A DNA stretch of 64,000 bases from an uncultured Gammaproteobacteria bacterium (GTDB lineage Bacteria > Pseudomonadota > Gammaproteobacteria > Steroidobacterales > Woeseiaceae): contig CAVZRD010000011.1 in NCBI GenBank assembly GCA_963777675.1, positions 5,741 through 69,740 on the forward strand, written 5' to 3'. The notes beneath the pieces are model-generated. The model did no database searches. It was not told the origin of the DNA and saw nothing but the letters and a program-made list of their open reading frames with translations. Both the position numbers and the translations under genes were made by a program. Below are positions 32,580 to 41,340 of this stretch, piece by piece. The stretch's first letter is position 1. The number at the start of each line of letters is the position of its first letter.

Positions 32580-33302
32580 ATGGCGACGCTCTTCATCTCC
32601 GATCTGCACCTGGAGGCCGAGCGTCCCGACATAGCCAAACAGTTCCTCGAGTTCATGGAGAATGAAGCCAGGGAGTGCGAGGAACTCTACATCCTCGGTG
32701 ACCTCTTCGAAGCCTGGGTGGGCGACGACGACCCGAACACGCATTACTTCACGATCAAGCGGGCGCTGCGCAAGCTCGTCGACCGCGGCGTACCCGTCTA
32801 CTTCATGCACGGCAACCGCGATTTCATGGTGGGCAGAGAATTCTCGAACGAGACGGGTGTCAAGATCCTCGAAGATCCTTACCGGGTCGACATGTATGGC
32901 CGCAAGGTACTGCTCAGCCACGGTGACCTGCTGTGCACGGACGACATCCAGTACCAGAAGGTCCGCAAGATGACGCGCGACCCGGAATGGCAGGCGAAGA
33001 TGCGCGCGAAGCCCCTGAAGGAGCGCCTGCGGATCGCAGCCGAGGCACGGCGCCAGAGCCTCGAGCAGACGCTCAACATGAGCCTCGAGATCATGGACGT
33101 CAACCAGCAGGCCGTCGAGAAGACGATCCGCGAACACAACGTCGACGTGCTGTTGCACGGCCACACGCATCGGCCCGCCGTGCACACGGTCGACCTCGGC
33201 AACCGCAAGGCACAGCGTATCGTGCTCGGCGACTGGTACCGGCAGGGCAGCGTCGTGCGCTGGGATTCGCGGGGACCGCGGCTGGAATCCATGCCGCGAT
33301 AA
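32580..33302 (+). CDS. lpxH: UDP-2,3-diacylglucosamine diphosphatase LpxH
   Basis: Intact 240 aa. FISDLHL, ILGDLFE, HGNRDF, SHGD, HGHTH metallophosphoesterase motifs. Follows the cyclophilin gene as in E. coli. Confidence 0.93.
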   Translation: MATLFISDLHLEAERPDIAKQFLEFMENEARECEELYILGDLFEAWVGDDDPNTHYFTIKRALRKLVDRGVPVYFMHGNRDFMVGREFSNETGVKILEDPYRVDMYGRKVLLSHGDLLCTDDIQYQKVRKMTRDPEWQAKMRAKPLKERLRIAAEARRQSLEQTLNMSLEIMDVNQQAVEKTIREHNVDVLLHGHTHRPAVHTVDLGNRKAQRIVLGDWYRQGSVVRWDSRGPRLESMPR

Positions 33303-33304
33303 GA

Positions 33305-33439
33305 ATCGCGGCTGAAGCCGCTCCTGCGGGTGTGGGTCGGGCACTGGGGTGGATGCGATCGCGGCTGAAGCCGCTCCTACGGATTCATGTCCGGCCGCTG
33401 CGGTCTGGTAGCATCCGTAGGAGCGGCTTCAGCCGCGAT
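33305..33439. repeat. REP family A cluster, 3 copies (33305..33329, then 82-bp REPIN 33358..33439)
   Basis: Read directly. Confidence 0.9.
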
Positions 33440-33445
33440 CCGGCG

Positions 33446-34096
33446 TCATCGGGGCACGCCCGAGTGGAAACGGAACTGCGGGTCGGGTTCCGTGACCAGC
33501 TGTTCGTCGATCGCGCGGAATGCGCCGAGCCGTGCCTCGACCTCCGCCTCGCTCGCGCCGGTCTCGCTCTTCGCGAGCGCAATGTAATTCTCGAAATGAC
33601 GGGCCTCGGATTCGAGCAGGCCCGCATAGAACCGGCCCAGATCGTCCGGCAGCCGCGGTGCCAGCGCGGCGAAGCGTTCGCAAGACCGCGCCTCGATCAC
33701 GGCGGCGACGAGCAACAGGTCCAGCAGCTTGCCGGGCTCCTCCTCGCGCACCGCCTCGCGCAGGTCGCCCGCGTAGCGCGACGCGGTGAGCCGGGTAAAC
33801 CGCTCGCCGCGGTCCGCGATGATGCGGCGTACCTGTTCGTAATGACGCAGCTCTTCGCGCGCGAGCCGTGACATGCGCTGCGCGAGCGCCGGCCGCTCAG
33901 GGTAGCGGTACAGGAACCCGAGTGCCGTCGAGGCGGCCTTGAGTTCGCAGTTGGCGTGATCGACGAGGAGGTCCGGCAGGTGTTCGATGGCTGCGTCGAG
34001 CCAGGCGTCGGGGGTGGGCGCCAATTGAAAGTCCGCGGCAGGTATCGCGGCTAAAGCCGCTCCTACGGATACGGGGCCGGCCGACGTTACAGCCAT
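33446..34096 (-). CDS. miaE: tRNA-(ms2io6A37)-hydroxylase MiaE (ferritin-like diiron); start uncertain because a REP lies in the 5' end
   Basis: APTPDAWLDAAIEHLPDLLVDHANCELKAASTAL, REELRHYE, EARSCERF, ESEARHF (diiron ExxH motifs). The only ATG (34096) reads through REP 34044..34068 (..VGAALAAI..). The alternative is TTG at about 34030. Confidence 0.75.
   Translation of the reverse strand: MAVTSAGPVSVGAALAAIPAADFQLAPTPDAWLDAAIEHLPDLLVDHANCELKAASTALGFLYRYPERPALAQRMSRLAREELRHYEQVRRIIADRGERFTRLTASRYAGDLREAVREEEPGKLLDLLLVAAVIEARSCERFAALAPRLPDDLGRFYAGLLESEARHFENYIALAKSETGASEAEVEARLGAFRAIDEQLVTEPDPQFRFHSGVPR
34044..34068. repeat. REP variant A2, single copy inside the miaE 5' ORF extension
   Basis: ATCGCGGCTAAAGCCGCTCCTACGG. 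Confidence 0.9.
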
Positions 34097-35292
34097 TCGG
34101 CGACCTCCTCGGCGGACTGCAGACGGTCGTCCGGGTTCTTGGCCAGCATCATGTTGAGGATCGCCTGGTAGCGCGCGAAGCGGGCCGAGAGCAGCGGCAC
34201 TGGCGCCTTCGCGTGCTGATAGATGATGCCCATGGCCGTGTCGGCGCGGAACGGCTTCGTGCCGGTCAGCATCTCGTAGAAGATGACGCCGAGGCTGTAG
34301 ATATCGCTGCGATGATCGACGCCGTTGCCGTGACCCTGCTCGGGACTCATGTAGTACGGTGTGCCGAAGATTTCGCCCTCGTCGGTCATCTCCATCTCCA
34401 GCCGCATGCGCTTGGCCAGCCCAAAATCGATCAGCGCGATCGAGTCGTCCTCGCGCAACATGATGTTGCCGGGCTTGAGATCGCGATGCAGGATGCCGAC
34501 GGCGTGTACCTCCGCGAGCGCGCTCGCGATCTGGCGCAGGTAGCTGACGGCCTTGGGTCCGGCGATCCCTGCCGCGATACGCTGCTTCAGGTCACCGCCG
34601 CCGAGGTATTCCATCGCGATGTGCGCGTGATCGTCGCCCACGCCGAGATCGTAGATTTTGACGATGTTCGGGTGGTCGATCTCGGCGATCAGCTCGTACT
34701 CCTGCAGGAAGCGATCGAACGCGCCGATGCCGTCGGCGATGTCCGGGACCTGCTGCAAGACCTTGAGCACGACCTTGATCCCCGTCGCCTCGCGTTCGGC
34801 GAGGTAGATCGCCGAATGCGCGCTCGCATTCAGCTTCTTGATCAGCAGATAGCCGCGGATCAGCGGATGGATGCCGGTGCGCTCGTCGCCGACGAAAAGG
34901 GAGCCCGTCGACGCGACCTTGCGCTGCGCTTTCAGGATGTCGGAAAGCATCACCGACAGCACATCGTGGCGCACGCGCTCGCGCAGGATGAAGCCTGCGG
35001 CCCCGACCCGCTTCGCAGCCTCCTCTTCCTCCCCGACACCGAAATAGACGACCGGAGGGAAGCCCGCGGTGCGGCAGAATTGCCGCAGCACGACGAGGCC
35101 CTCGCGATCCCCGAGCCGATTGCCGAGCAGGACGATGTCGTTGCCGGCCCCGGAGAATTCGTCGGGCAGATTGCCGAACTCGGCGGGATCGAACGGCGTG
35201 ATCACGGCCTCGGGCCAGTGCGTGTTGACGTGGTGCGTGAGCAGGCTGCGGAACTCCGCCTGCCCGTCGATGATCATGATCCTGATGCTCAC
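34087..35292 (-). CDS. Hanks-type Ser/Thr protein kinase with N-terminal degenerate receiver (pseudo-REC) domain
   Basis: Intact 401 aa. Kinase motifs VVLKVL (Lys), HRDLKPGNIML, IDFGLA, GTPYYMSPEQ. The N-terminal 120 aa are CheY-like, but Gly replaces the phospho-acceptor Asp (IVLLGNRLGD) and the acidic pair is DG. Confidence 0.8.
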   Translation of the reverse strand: MSIRIMIIDGQAEFRSLLTHHVNTHWPEAVITPFDPAEFGNLPDEFSGAGNDIVLLGNRLGDREGLVVLRQFCRTAGFPPVVYFGVGEEEEAAKRVGAAGFILRERVRHDVLSVMLSDILKAQRKVASTGSLFVGDERTGIHPLIRGYLLIKKLNASAHSAIYLAEREATGIKVVLKVLQQVPDIADGIGAFDRFLQEYELIAEIDHPNIVKIYDLGVGDDHAHIAMEYLGGGDLKQRIAAGIAGPKAVSYLRQIASALAEVHAVGILHRDLKPGNIMLREDDSIALIDFGLAKRMRLEMEMTDEGEIFGTPYYMSPEQGHGNGVDHRSDIYSLGVIFYEMLTGTKPFRADTAMGIIYQHAKAPVPLLSARFARYQAILNMMLAKNPDDRLQSAEEVAEWL

Positions 35293-35319
35293 CGCGGCGC
35301 CCCCCGCCCGCGCGCGACG

Positions 35320-36879
35320 CTACATACCGACGGCTTTGCCGGTGCTGCCCGCAACGGTGCCGTCCGCAGCTTTGTCCGCGCCGGGCGCGAGTAGCCCCTT
35401 GCGTTTGGCCTCGCGCCGTTGCTTCGCAGCGTCATTGCGCCGCCTCTCGACCTCATGCAGGTATTCGTCCGTCACGTCCCCGGTGACATATTCGCCGGAG
35501 AAACAGGAAGTATCAAATTCCGTGATCGTGGAATTGTCGTGCTTCACAGAACGGATCAATCCGTGCAGGTCCTGGTAGATCAGCCGGTCCGCACCGATGA
35601 GCTCCTGGATCTCCTCGACCGTGCGCCCATTGGCGATCAGTTCGTCGGCGGCCGGCATGTCGATACCGTAGACATTGGGGAAGCGGACCGGCGGCGCGGC
35701 GGATGCAAAATACACCTTGCGCGCACCCGCCTCCCGCGCCAGCTTGATGATCTGCCGCGAGGTCGTGCCGCGCACGATCGAGTCGTCCACGAGCAGCACG
35801 TTCTTCTTCGCGAACTCGAGGCCGATCGCATTGAGTTTGTGCCGGACGGACCGTGCCCGCTCCGCCTGCCCGGGCATTATGAAGGTGCGTCCGACATAGC
35901 GGTTCTTGATGAAACCCTCGCGGTATTTCACGCCGAGGTGATTCGCGACCTGCACGGCCGCCGTGCGGCTCGTGTCCGGGATCGGGATGACGACGTCGAT
36001 GTCGTGATCCGGGAAATCGCGGATGATCTTCCCCGCCAGTTCCTCGCCCATACGCAGCCGCGCCTTGTAGACCGACAGGTTGTCCAGGATCGAATCGGGG
36101 CGCGCGAAGTAGACGAATTCGAAGATGCAGGGCGTGTGCCGCGTCTCGCCCGCGTACGCGCGGCTGTGCAGGCTGCCGTCGTTCTCGATGAACAGCGTCT
36201 CGCCGGGCTGCACGTCGCGTACGCGTTCGAACTGCAGGATATCGAGGGCCACACTCTCCGAGGCCACCATGTAGTCCTCGCCGTCGGCCGTCGGCCGCCT
36301 GCCGAGTACCAGCGGCCGGATGCCGTTCGGGTCGCGGAACGCCACGACGCCGAAACCGACGATCATCGCGACCACCGCGTAGCCGCCCTTGCAGCGCCGA
36401 TGCACGGCCTCGACAGCTCCGAACACCTGGTTCGGTGTCGGCCGGCCATTGGCCCGCAGCTGCAGCTCGTGCGCGAAGACGTTCAACAACACCTCCGAGT
36501 CGGAGCCGGTGCTGAGATGACGTCGGTCCTGCCGGGTCAGCAACTCGGCGAGCTCGTCGTAATTGGTCAGATTGCCGTTATGGCCGAGGCAGATGCCGTA
36601 CGGCGAATTGACGTAGAACGGCTGTGCTTCGGAAGACCGGGCGCCGCCGGCGGTCGGGTAGCGGACGTGGCCGATACCCGCGTTGCCCGTGAGCCGCAAC
36701 ATGTGCCGCTGCCGGAAAACGTCGCGCACGAGGCCGTTGGCCTTGCGCTGCTGCAGCCCGTCGGGACCCCAGGTCACGATGCCGGCCGCGTCCTGGCCAC
36801 GATGCTGCAGCACGGTGAGCGCATCGTAAATCGCCTGGTTGACGGGAGAATGACTGACAATTCCGACGACACCGCACAT
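35320..36879 (-). CDS. purF: Amidophosphoribosyltransferase
   Basis: Intact 519 aa. MCGVVGI N-terminal nucleophile, PRPP loop [13 protein letters not shown]. About 35-aa basic C-terminal tail. Confidence 0.95.
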   Translation of the reverse strand: MCGVVGIVSHSPVNQAIYDALTVLQHRGQDAAGIVTWGPDGLQQRKANGLVRDVFRQRHMLRLTGNAGIGHVRYPTAGGARSSEAQPFYVNSPYGICLGHNGNLTNYDELAELLTRQDRRHLSTGSDSEVLLNVFAHELQLRANGRPTPNQVFGAVEAVHRRCKGGYAVVAMIVGFGVVAFRDPNGIRPLVLGRRPTADGEDYMVASESVALDILQFERVRDVQPGETLFIENDGSLHSRAYAGETRHTPCIFEFVYFARPDSILDNLSVYKARLRMGEELAGKIIRDFPDHDIDVVIPIPDTSRTAAVQVANHLGVKYREGFIKNRYVGRTFIMPGQAERARSVRHKLNAIGLEFAKKNVLLVDDSIVRGTTSRQIIKLAREAGARKVYFASAAPPVRFPNVYGIDMPAADELIANGRTVEEIQELIGADRLIYQDLHGLIRSVKHDNSTITEFDTSCFSGEYVTGDVTDEYLHEVERRRNDAAKQRREAKRKGLLAPGADKAADGTVAGSTGKAVGM

Positions 36880-36882
36880 GAA

Positions 36883-37431
36883 TCAGGTCCTTCCGGTATG
36901 GAGTTGGTCGTTGGGGAAGTCGATCTTGAGGTCCTGGTCCGGCTCCTCGGGCGTCAGCAATTCGAAGCCCTTCGGCGCCATGATCTTGATCCAATCGGCC
37001 ACGACCTCTAGCCGCGGGATCAGCTTCGAATCCTGCCACCACTGGCTGTCTTCGAATTGCGCGTACTGACCTGCAATGACGCACAACGCCATCAGCAGCA
37101 CGCCGCGGGCCGCGCCGAACACGCCGCCGGCAAGACGATCTATCCCGCTCAGCGCCGACAGCCGCACGATCTTCGCGATGCCCCAGCTGAGCAGGCCGCC
37201 GACGGATACCACGACAGCGAACACCAGGATGCGGCCGAACCAGGTCCGCGCCTCGACCGAATCGATCCAGCTCTCCGTAATCCGCCCGACGGCCGGGCCG
37301 AAATACAGCGCCGCCCAGATCGCGGCCAGCAATGCCGCCACCGATATCGCTTCCTTGATGAAGCCCCTGACGATACCGATGATCACGGACACGGCTATGG
37401 CGAGAACGATGAAAATGTCGATGATCGGCAT
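36883..37431 (-). CDS. cvpA: Colicin V production protein CvpA (membrane protein)
   Basis: Intact 182 aa, 4 TM. Conserved dedD-cvpA-purF order. Confidence 0.88.
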   Translation of the reverse strand: MPIIDIFIVLAIAVSVIIGIVRGFIKEAISVAALLAAIWAALYFGPAVGRITESWIDSVEARTWFGRILVFAVVVSVGGLLSWGIAKIVRLSALSGIDRLAGGVFGAARGVLLMALCVIAGQYAQFEDSQWWQDSKLIPRLEVVADWIKIMAPKGFELLTPEEPDQDLKIDFPNDQLHTGRT

Positions 37432-37517
37432 CGGCGATGTCGGCTCGGACGGGACCGGGATGGATGGACCGGGATTTTAGCCCGGACCCTTCACGAATGC
37501 ACTCGCCGCCTTGCAGA

Positions 37518-38126
37518 TCACGGATGGGGCACGACCTGGCCGTCGTAGCCTGCTTTTTTCAGCTTCGCGGCCATGGCCTCCGCGCTGGCCCGGTCTTTCT
37601 GCGGCCCGATGCGCACGCGCTCGAGGTGGCCCGACTTGGTATCCACCTCGCTCAGGAACGCGGCGTAGCCCTGCTTGCGCAGATCGGCCGCCAGGCGTTC
37701 CGCATTCTCGGCGCTGCCGAAGCTGCCGAGTTGCACGGCCCACATGCCGGTCGTCGATGTCGCGGCCTTCTCGGCGGGTTGTTCGCTCCCGCCGGGCGGG
37801 GTTTGAGCCGCCGGTTTCGCGGCGGGTTCGGAACTCGCCTTCGCGACGACCGGCGCCGGCGGCGATTGCTCTTGCACCACCGGCTCGGACTGCGCCGCTT
37901 TGGCGGCGGCCTCGTTCTCCACCGGCGCCGGCACCGGAGCCGTGCGATCGCGATCGAGGATCACGGTCTGGGTCTTCTGATCCGCCTGGCCCGGCAGCGT
38001 TACGTGCTCGCTGACGATCTCGTCCCCTGCGGGTGGCCCATTGAGGAACACGGGCACGACCAGGACGACGACCAGCACGAGCACGGCGGCGCCGATGATG
38101 CGTTCTTTCAAGGCTCGATCCATCAT
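37518..38126 (-). CDS. dedD: SPOR-domain cell-division protein DedD-like
   Basis: N-terminal TM, low-complexity linker, C-terminal SPOR domain (WAVQLGSFGSAENAERLAADLRKQGYAAF..RVRIGP). folC-dedD-cvpA synteny. Confidence 0.8.
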   Translation of the reverse strand: MMDRALKERIIGAAVLVLVVVLVVPVFLNGPPAGDEIVSEHVTLPGQADQKTQTVILDRDRTAPVPAPVENEAAAKAAQSEPVVQEQSPPAPVVAKASSEPAAKPAAQTPPGGSEQPAEKAATSTTGMWAVQLGSFGSAENAERLAADLRKQGYAAFLSEVDTKSGHLERVRIGPQKDRASAEAMAAKLKKAGYDGQVVPHP

Positions 38127-38166
38127 GGCAGGGGCCGGGATTATAACGGAATCGGGCTGGCGGGTA

Positions 38167-38318
38167 ATCGCGGCTGAAGCCGCTCCTACAAAAACGGCAA
38201 AAAGGGCATCGGGTCGCTCTATTGTATTGGCGCGTAATCGCGGCTGAAGCCGCTCCTAAGAGTCCTGTTCCGGCCGTCGGGGCCGACGAGGATCCGTAGG
38301 AGCGGCTTCAGCCGCGAT
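38167..38318. repeat. REP family A cluster, 3 copies (38167..38190, then 82-bp REPIN 38237..38318)
   Basis: Read directly. The last copy holds the folC TGA stop (38308..38310, minus strand). Confidence 0.9.
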
Positions 38319-39585
38319 CCGTGGAGTCCAACAGGCGCAGCACCGGGCCGACGACGTAGAAGGAGCCGGTAACGAGGACGCGGTCGCCGGGCTCGGCGAT
38401 GCGGCGCGCCTGCTTTGTCGCGTCGCCGATCGACTCCGCGATCAGGCAGGCGGCGTTCACCTGGTTCGCAATCCGGCGCGCCAGCTCGTCCGCATCGATT
38501 GCGCGCGGGCTCTCCGCCGTCACGGCGATCCACACCTCGACGTGATTGCGCAGCGACGTGAGGACCCCGGCGACGTCCTTGTCGTCGAGCATCCCGAAGA
38601 TCGCGATCGTCCGCGCCGGACGTGGATTCGTGCGGAGGTGCCGGGCCAGCACGACCGCGGCACCCGGATTGTGGGCAACGTCCAGCAACCACTGCGGGTC
38701 GCTGCCGATGCGCTGCATGCGCCCCGGAATAACCAGTCCCGACAATGCCGCGTCGACGACGTCGCGGTGCAACAGCTCGACGCTTCCGAGCGCCTCGAGT
38801 AGCGCAAGCACGGCGGCGGCGTTGTCCAGTTGGTGATCGCCATCCAGCGAGGGCCGCGCCAGTGCGTCGAGCCGGGTCGCGTTGCCACGCCAGCTCCAGC
38901 CGTCGCCGGCGGCGGACCAGTCGTAATCGCGGCCGGCGAGCAGCAGGACGGCGCCGGTCCGTTGTGCCTCGCGGCCGATGGTCGCGGGCACGTCTTTCGA
39001 ACCGAATACGACGGGCTTGCCGCGGCGCATGATGCCGGCCTTCTCGAACGCGATCGTCTCCACGTCGGCCCCGAGCCATTCGCAGTGGTCCAGGGTCACG
39101 TTCGTGATCAGGCCCGCGTCGGGCTCGATCGCGTTTACCGCGTCGAGGCGGCCGCCCATGCCGATCTCGAGTACGGCGGCGTCGACGCCGGCATCCGAAA
39201 GCACCAGCAGCGCGGCCAGCGTGCCGTATTCGAAATAAGTCAGCGGCACGTCGTCGCGGATGGCTTCGATGCGTTCGAATGCCGCGACGATCGCGTCCTC
39301 GCCAGCCTCGCGGCCGTCGATGCGTATGCGCTCGTTATAGCGCTGCAGGTGCGGCGATGTGTAGCAGCCGACGCGCGTGCCACCGGCCGCCAGCAACGCA
39401 CCCAGCATCTCGACGCAGGAACCCTTGCCGTTGGTGCCGGCGACGTGGATGACGGTCGCAGGCCGGCGATACGTCAGCCGACCGAGGATCGCCTGGACGC
39501 GCTCGAGCCCGAGGTCGATCTCGCGCGGCGACAGCGTCTCGAGACGAGTCAGCCAGGTGGCGAGCGGCGTCCCGTCGGCCGGCAT
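38308..39585 (-). CDS. folC: Bifunctional folylpolyglutamate synthase / dihydrofolate synthase
   Basis: Intact 425 aa. HVAGTNGKGS P-loop, Mur-ligase fold motifs. accD-folC synteny. Confidence 0.93.
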   Translation of the reverse strand: MPADGTPLATWLTRLETLSPREIDLGLERVQAILGRLTYRRPATVIHVAGTNGKGSCVEMLGALLAAGGTRVGCYTSPHLQRYNERIRIDGREAGEDAIVAAFERIEAIRDDVPLTYFEYGTLAALLVLSDAGVDAAVLEIGMGGRLDAVNAIEPDAGLITNVTLDHCEWLGADVETIAFEKAGIMRRGKPVVFGSKDVPATIGREAQRTGAVLLLAGRDYDWSAAGDGWSWRGNATRLDALARPSLDGDHQLDNAAAVLALLEALGSVELLHRDVVDAALSGLVIPGRMQRIGSDPQWLLDVAHNPGAAVVLARHLRTNPRPARTIAIFGMLDDKDVAGVLTSLRNHVEVWIAVTAESPRAIDADELARRIANQVNAACLIAESIGDATKQARRIAEPGDRVLVTGSFYVVGPVLRLLDSTDRG

Positions 39586-39594
39586 AGGCCGACT

Positions 39595-40461
39595 TCAGCT
39601 CGTGGCGGGCGCGGGTCGATGCTCGAACTTGGCGAGCAGTTCGGCGATCTGGACCCGCATTTCGCGACGGTCGACGATCATATCGATCGCACCGTGGTCG
39701 AGGAGGAACTCACTGCGCTGGAAGCCTTCCGGCAGGGTCTGGCGGACGGTCTGCTCGATGACGCGCGGACCGGCGAACCCGATCAGGGCATTCGGCTCGG
39801 CGATATTGACGTCGCCGAGCATCGCGAGACTCGCCGACACGCCGCCCGTCGTCGGATCCGTCAGCACGGAGATGTACGGGGTCCCCTTCGCGCCGAGTTT
39901 CGCGATCGCCGCCGACGTCTTGGCCATCTGCAGCAGCGAGAACAACGCTTCCTGCATCCGGGCGCCCCCGCTCGCGGCGAACGAAACCAGCGGCATGTTG
40001 TTCGCCGCCGCGTGGTTCGCGGCACGGGTGAACCGCTCGCCGACTACGGAACCCATCGAACCGCCCATGAAGGCGAACTCGAACGCGCAGGCGACGAGCG
40101 GCCGGCCGAACAGCGTGCCCGTCGCCGCCACGAGCGCTTCCTTCTCGCCCGTCTTCTTCTGTGCCTGTGCCAGCCGGTCCCGATAGCGCTTGCTGTCACG
40201 GAATTTCAGCGGATCCCGGGATTCGAGGTTCGCGGCGATTTCCTGTTGTGAATCCGGATCGAAGAAAAAATCGAGGCGCTGACGCGCACCGATCCGAAGG
40301 TGATGCTCGCATTTCGGGCATACCTGCAGATTGCGCTCGAGTTCGTTGCGATAGAGCTGGGCATCGCACTTCGGGCACTTGATCCAGACACCTTCGGGTA
40401 CCGAACGCGTACGCTTCTCCGTGCTGATGCGAGACGGCATCAGTTTCTTGAACCAGCTCAT
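39595..40461 (-). CDS. accD: Acetyl-CoA carboxylase carboxyltransferase subunit beta
   Basis: Intact 288 aa. Zinc ribbon [38 protein letters not shown]. Confidence 0.95.
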   Translation of the reverse strand: MSWFKKLMPSRISTEKRTRSVPEGVWIKCPKCDAQLYRNELERNLQVCPKCEHHLRIGARQRLDFFFDPDSQQEIAANLESRDPLKFRDSKRYRDRLAQAQKKTGEKEALVAATGTLFGRPLVACAFEFAFMGGSMGSVVGERFTRAANHAAANNMPLVSFAASGGARMQEALFSLLQMAKTSAAIAKLGAKGTPYISVLTDPTTGGVSASLAMLGDVNIAEPNALIGFAGPRVIEQTVRQTLPEGFQRSEFLLDHGAIDMIVDRREMRVQIAELLAKFEHRPAPATS

Positions 40462-40500
40462 GGCGGCATCTTAACGGAAATCCCGTTCTTTGGCGCCGGG

Positions 40501-40524
40501 ATCGCGGCTGAAGCCGCTCCTACA
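40501..40524. repeat. REP family A, single copy between truA and accD
   Basis: ATCGCGGCTGAAGCCGCTCCTACA. Confidence 0.9.
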
Positions 40525-40531
40525 GGCGCCG

Positions 40532-41286
40532 TCATGGAACGCCGAATTCGGTGGGATAGGTCGACACGTACCAGGGTCAGGCCCTGCGGCGGCGCGGCCA
40601 TGCCGGCGCGCGTGCGGTCGCGGCTCGCCAGAACTTCGGCTGCCCAGCCGGGTGCCTCGTCGCCGCGGCCGATTGCAGCGAGCGTCCCGACGATGTTGCG
40701 AACCATGTGTTGCAGGAAGGCATTCGCCGTCACTGCCGATCGTCAGCCAATCGTCGTCGCGTACGACGTCGAGCGCGGTGACCTCGCGGATAGCCGTTCG
40801 GGATTGGCAACCGGCCGCGCGATATGCCGAGAAGTCGTGTTCGCCGATGAGCGCCCTTGCGGCATCCTGCATCCGCTGGGCATCGAGCGGCTCGTGGACC
40901 CACCAGGCGCGGTGCCGATGGAGCGCCGAGCGCTGCAGGCGATTCAGGATCCGGTACTCGTAACGCCGCGAAGTGGCCGTGTAGCGTGCGTGAAAACCCT
41001 CGGCGACCGGTTGCGCCCACGAAACGCAGATGTCGTCGGGGAGATTGCTGTTCGTGCCGAGCAGCCAGCTGCGCGGCGTGCGGTCGCTGTGGGTGTCGAA
41101 ATGCGCGACCTGGCCGGTCGCGTGGACGCCGGCGTCGGTGCGCCCGGCGCAGACGGCTTCGATCGGGTGGTCGGCTACGCGGGACAGCGCCTCCTCGAGC
41201 CGTTGCTGGATGCCGACGCCGCTCGTCTGGCGCTGCCAGCCGTTGTACCCGGTTCCGTCGTACTCGATGCCGATGGCGATGCGCAT
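40532..41286 (-). pseudogene. truA: tRNA pseudouridine(38-40) synthase TruA; two single-nucleotide frame breaks (about 40745 and 40557)
   Basis: MRIAIGIEYDGTGYNGWQRQ..AGRTDAGVHATGQV (catalytic Asp), then in another frame [29 protein letters not shown] further frame gives the expected end YPTEFGVP-stop (TGA 40532..40534). Confidence 0.85.
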
Positions 41287-41340
41287 GCGGTAATGGCGCT
41301 GCCGCGGGATCCGGCGCAGTGCCACGACGCCCGTGGACGA

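Noticed and set aside
40458-40560. truA appeared to read in frame through REP 40501..40524 (..[13 protein letters not shown]..) and end in an ATGA overlap with accD.
   Set aside because: A neighbouring frame gives the canonical TruA C-terminus [10 protein letters not shown]-stop (TGA 40532..40534) just before the REP. The read-through is best explained by a 1-nt indel near 40557 in an error-prone sequence.
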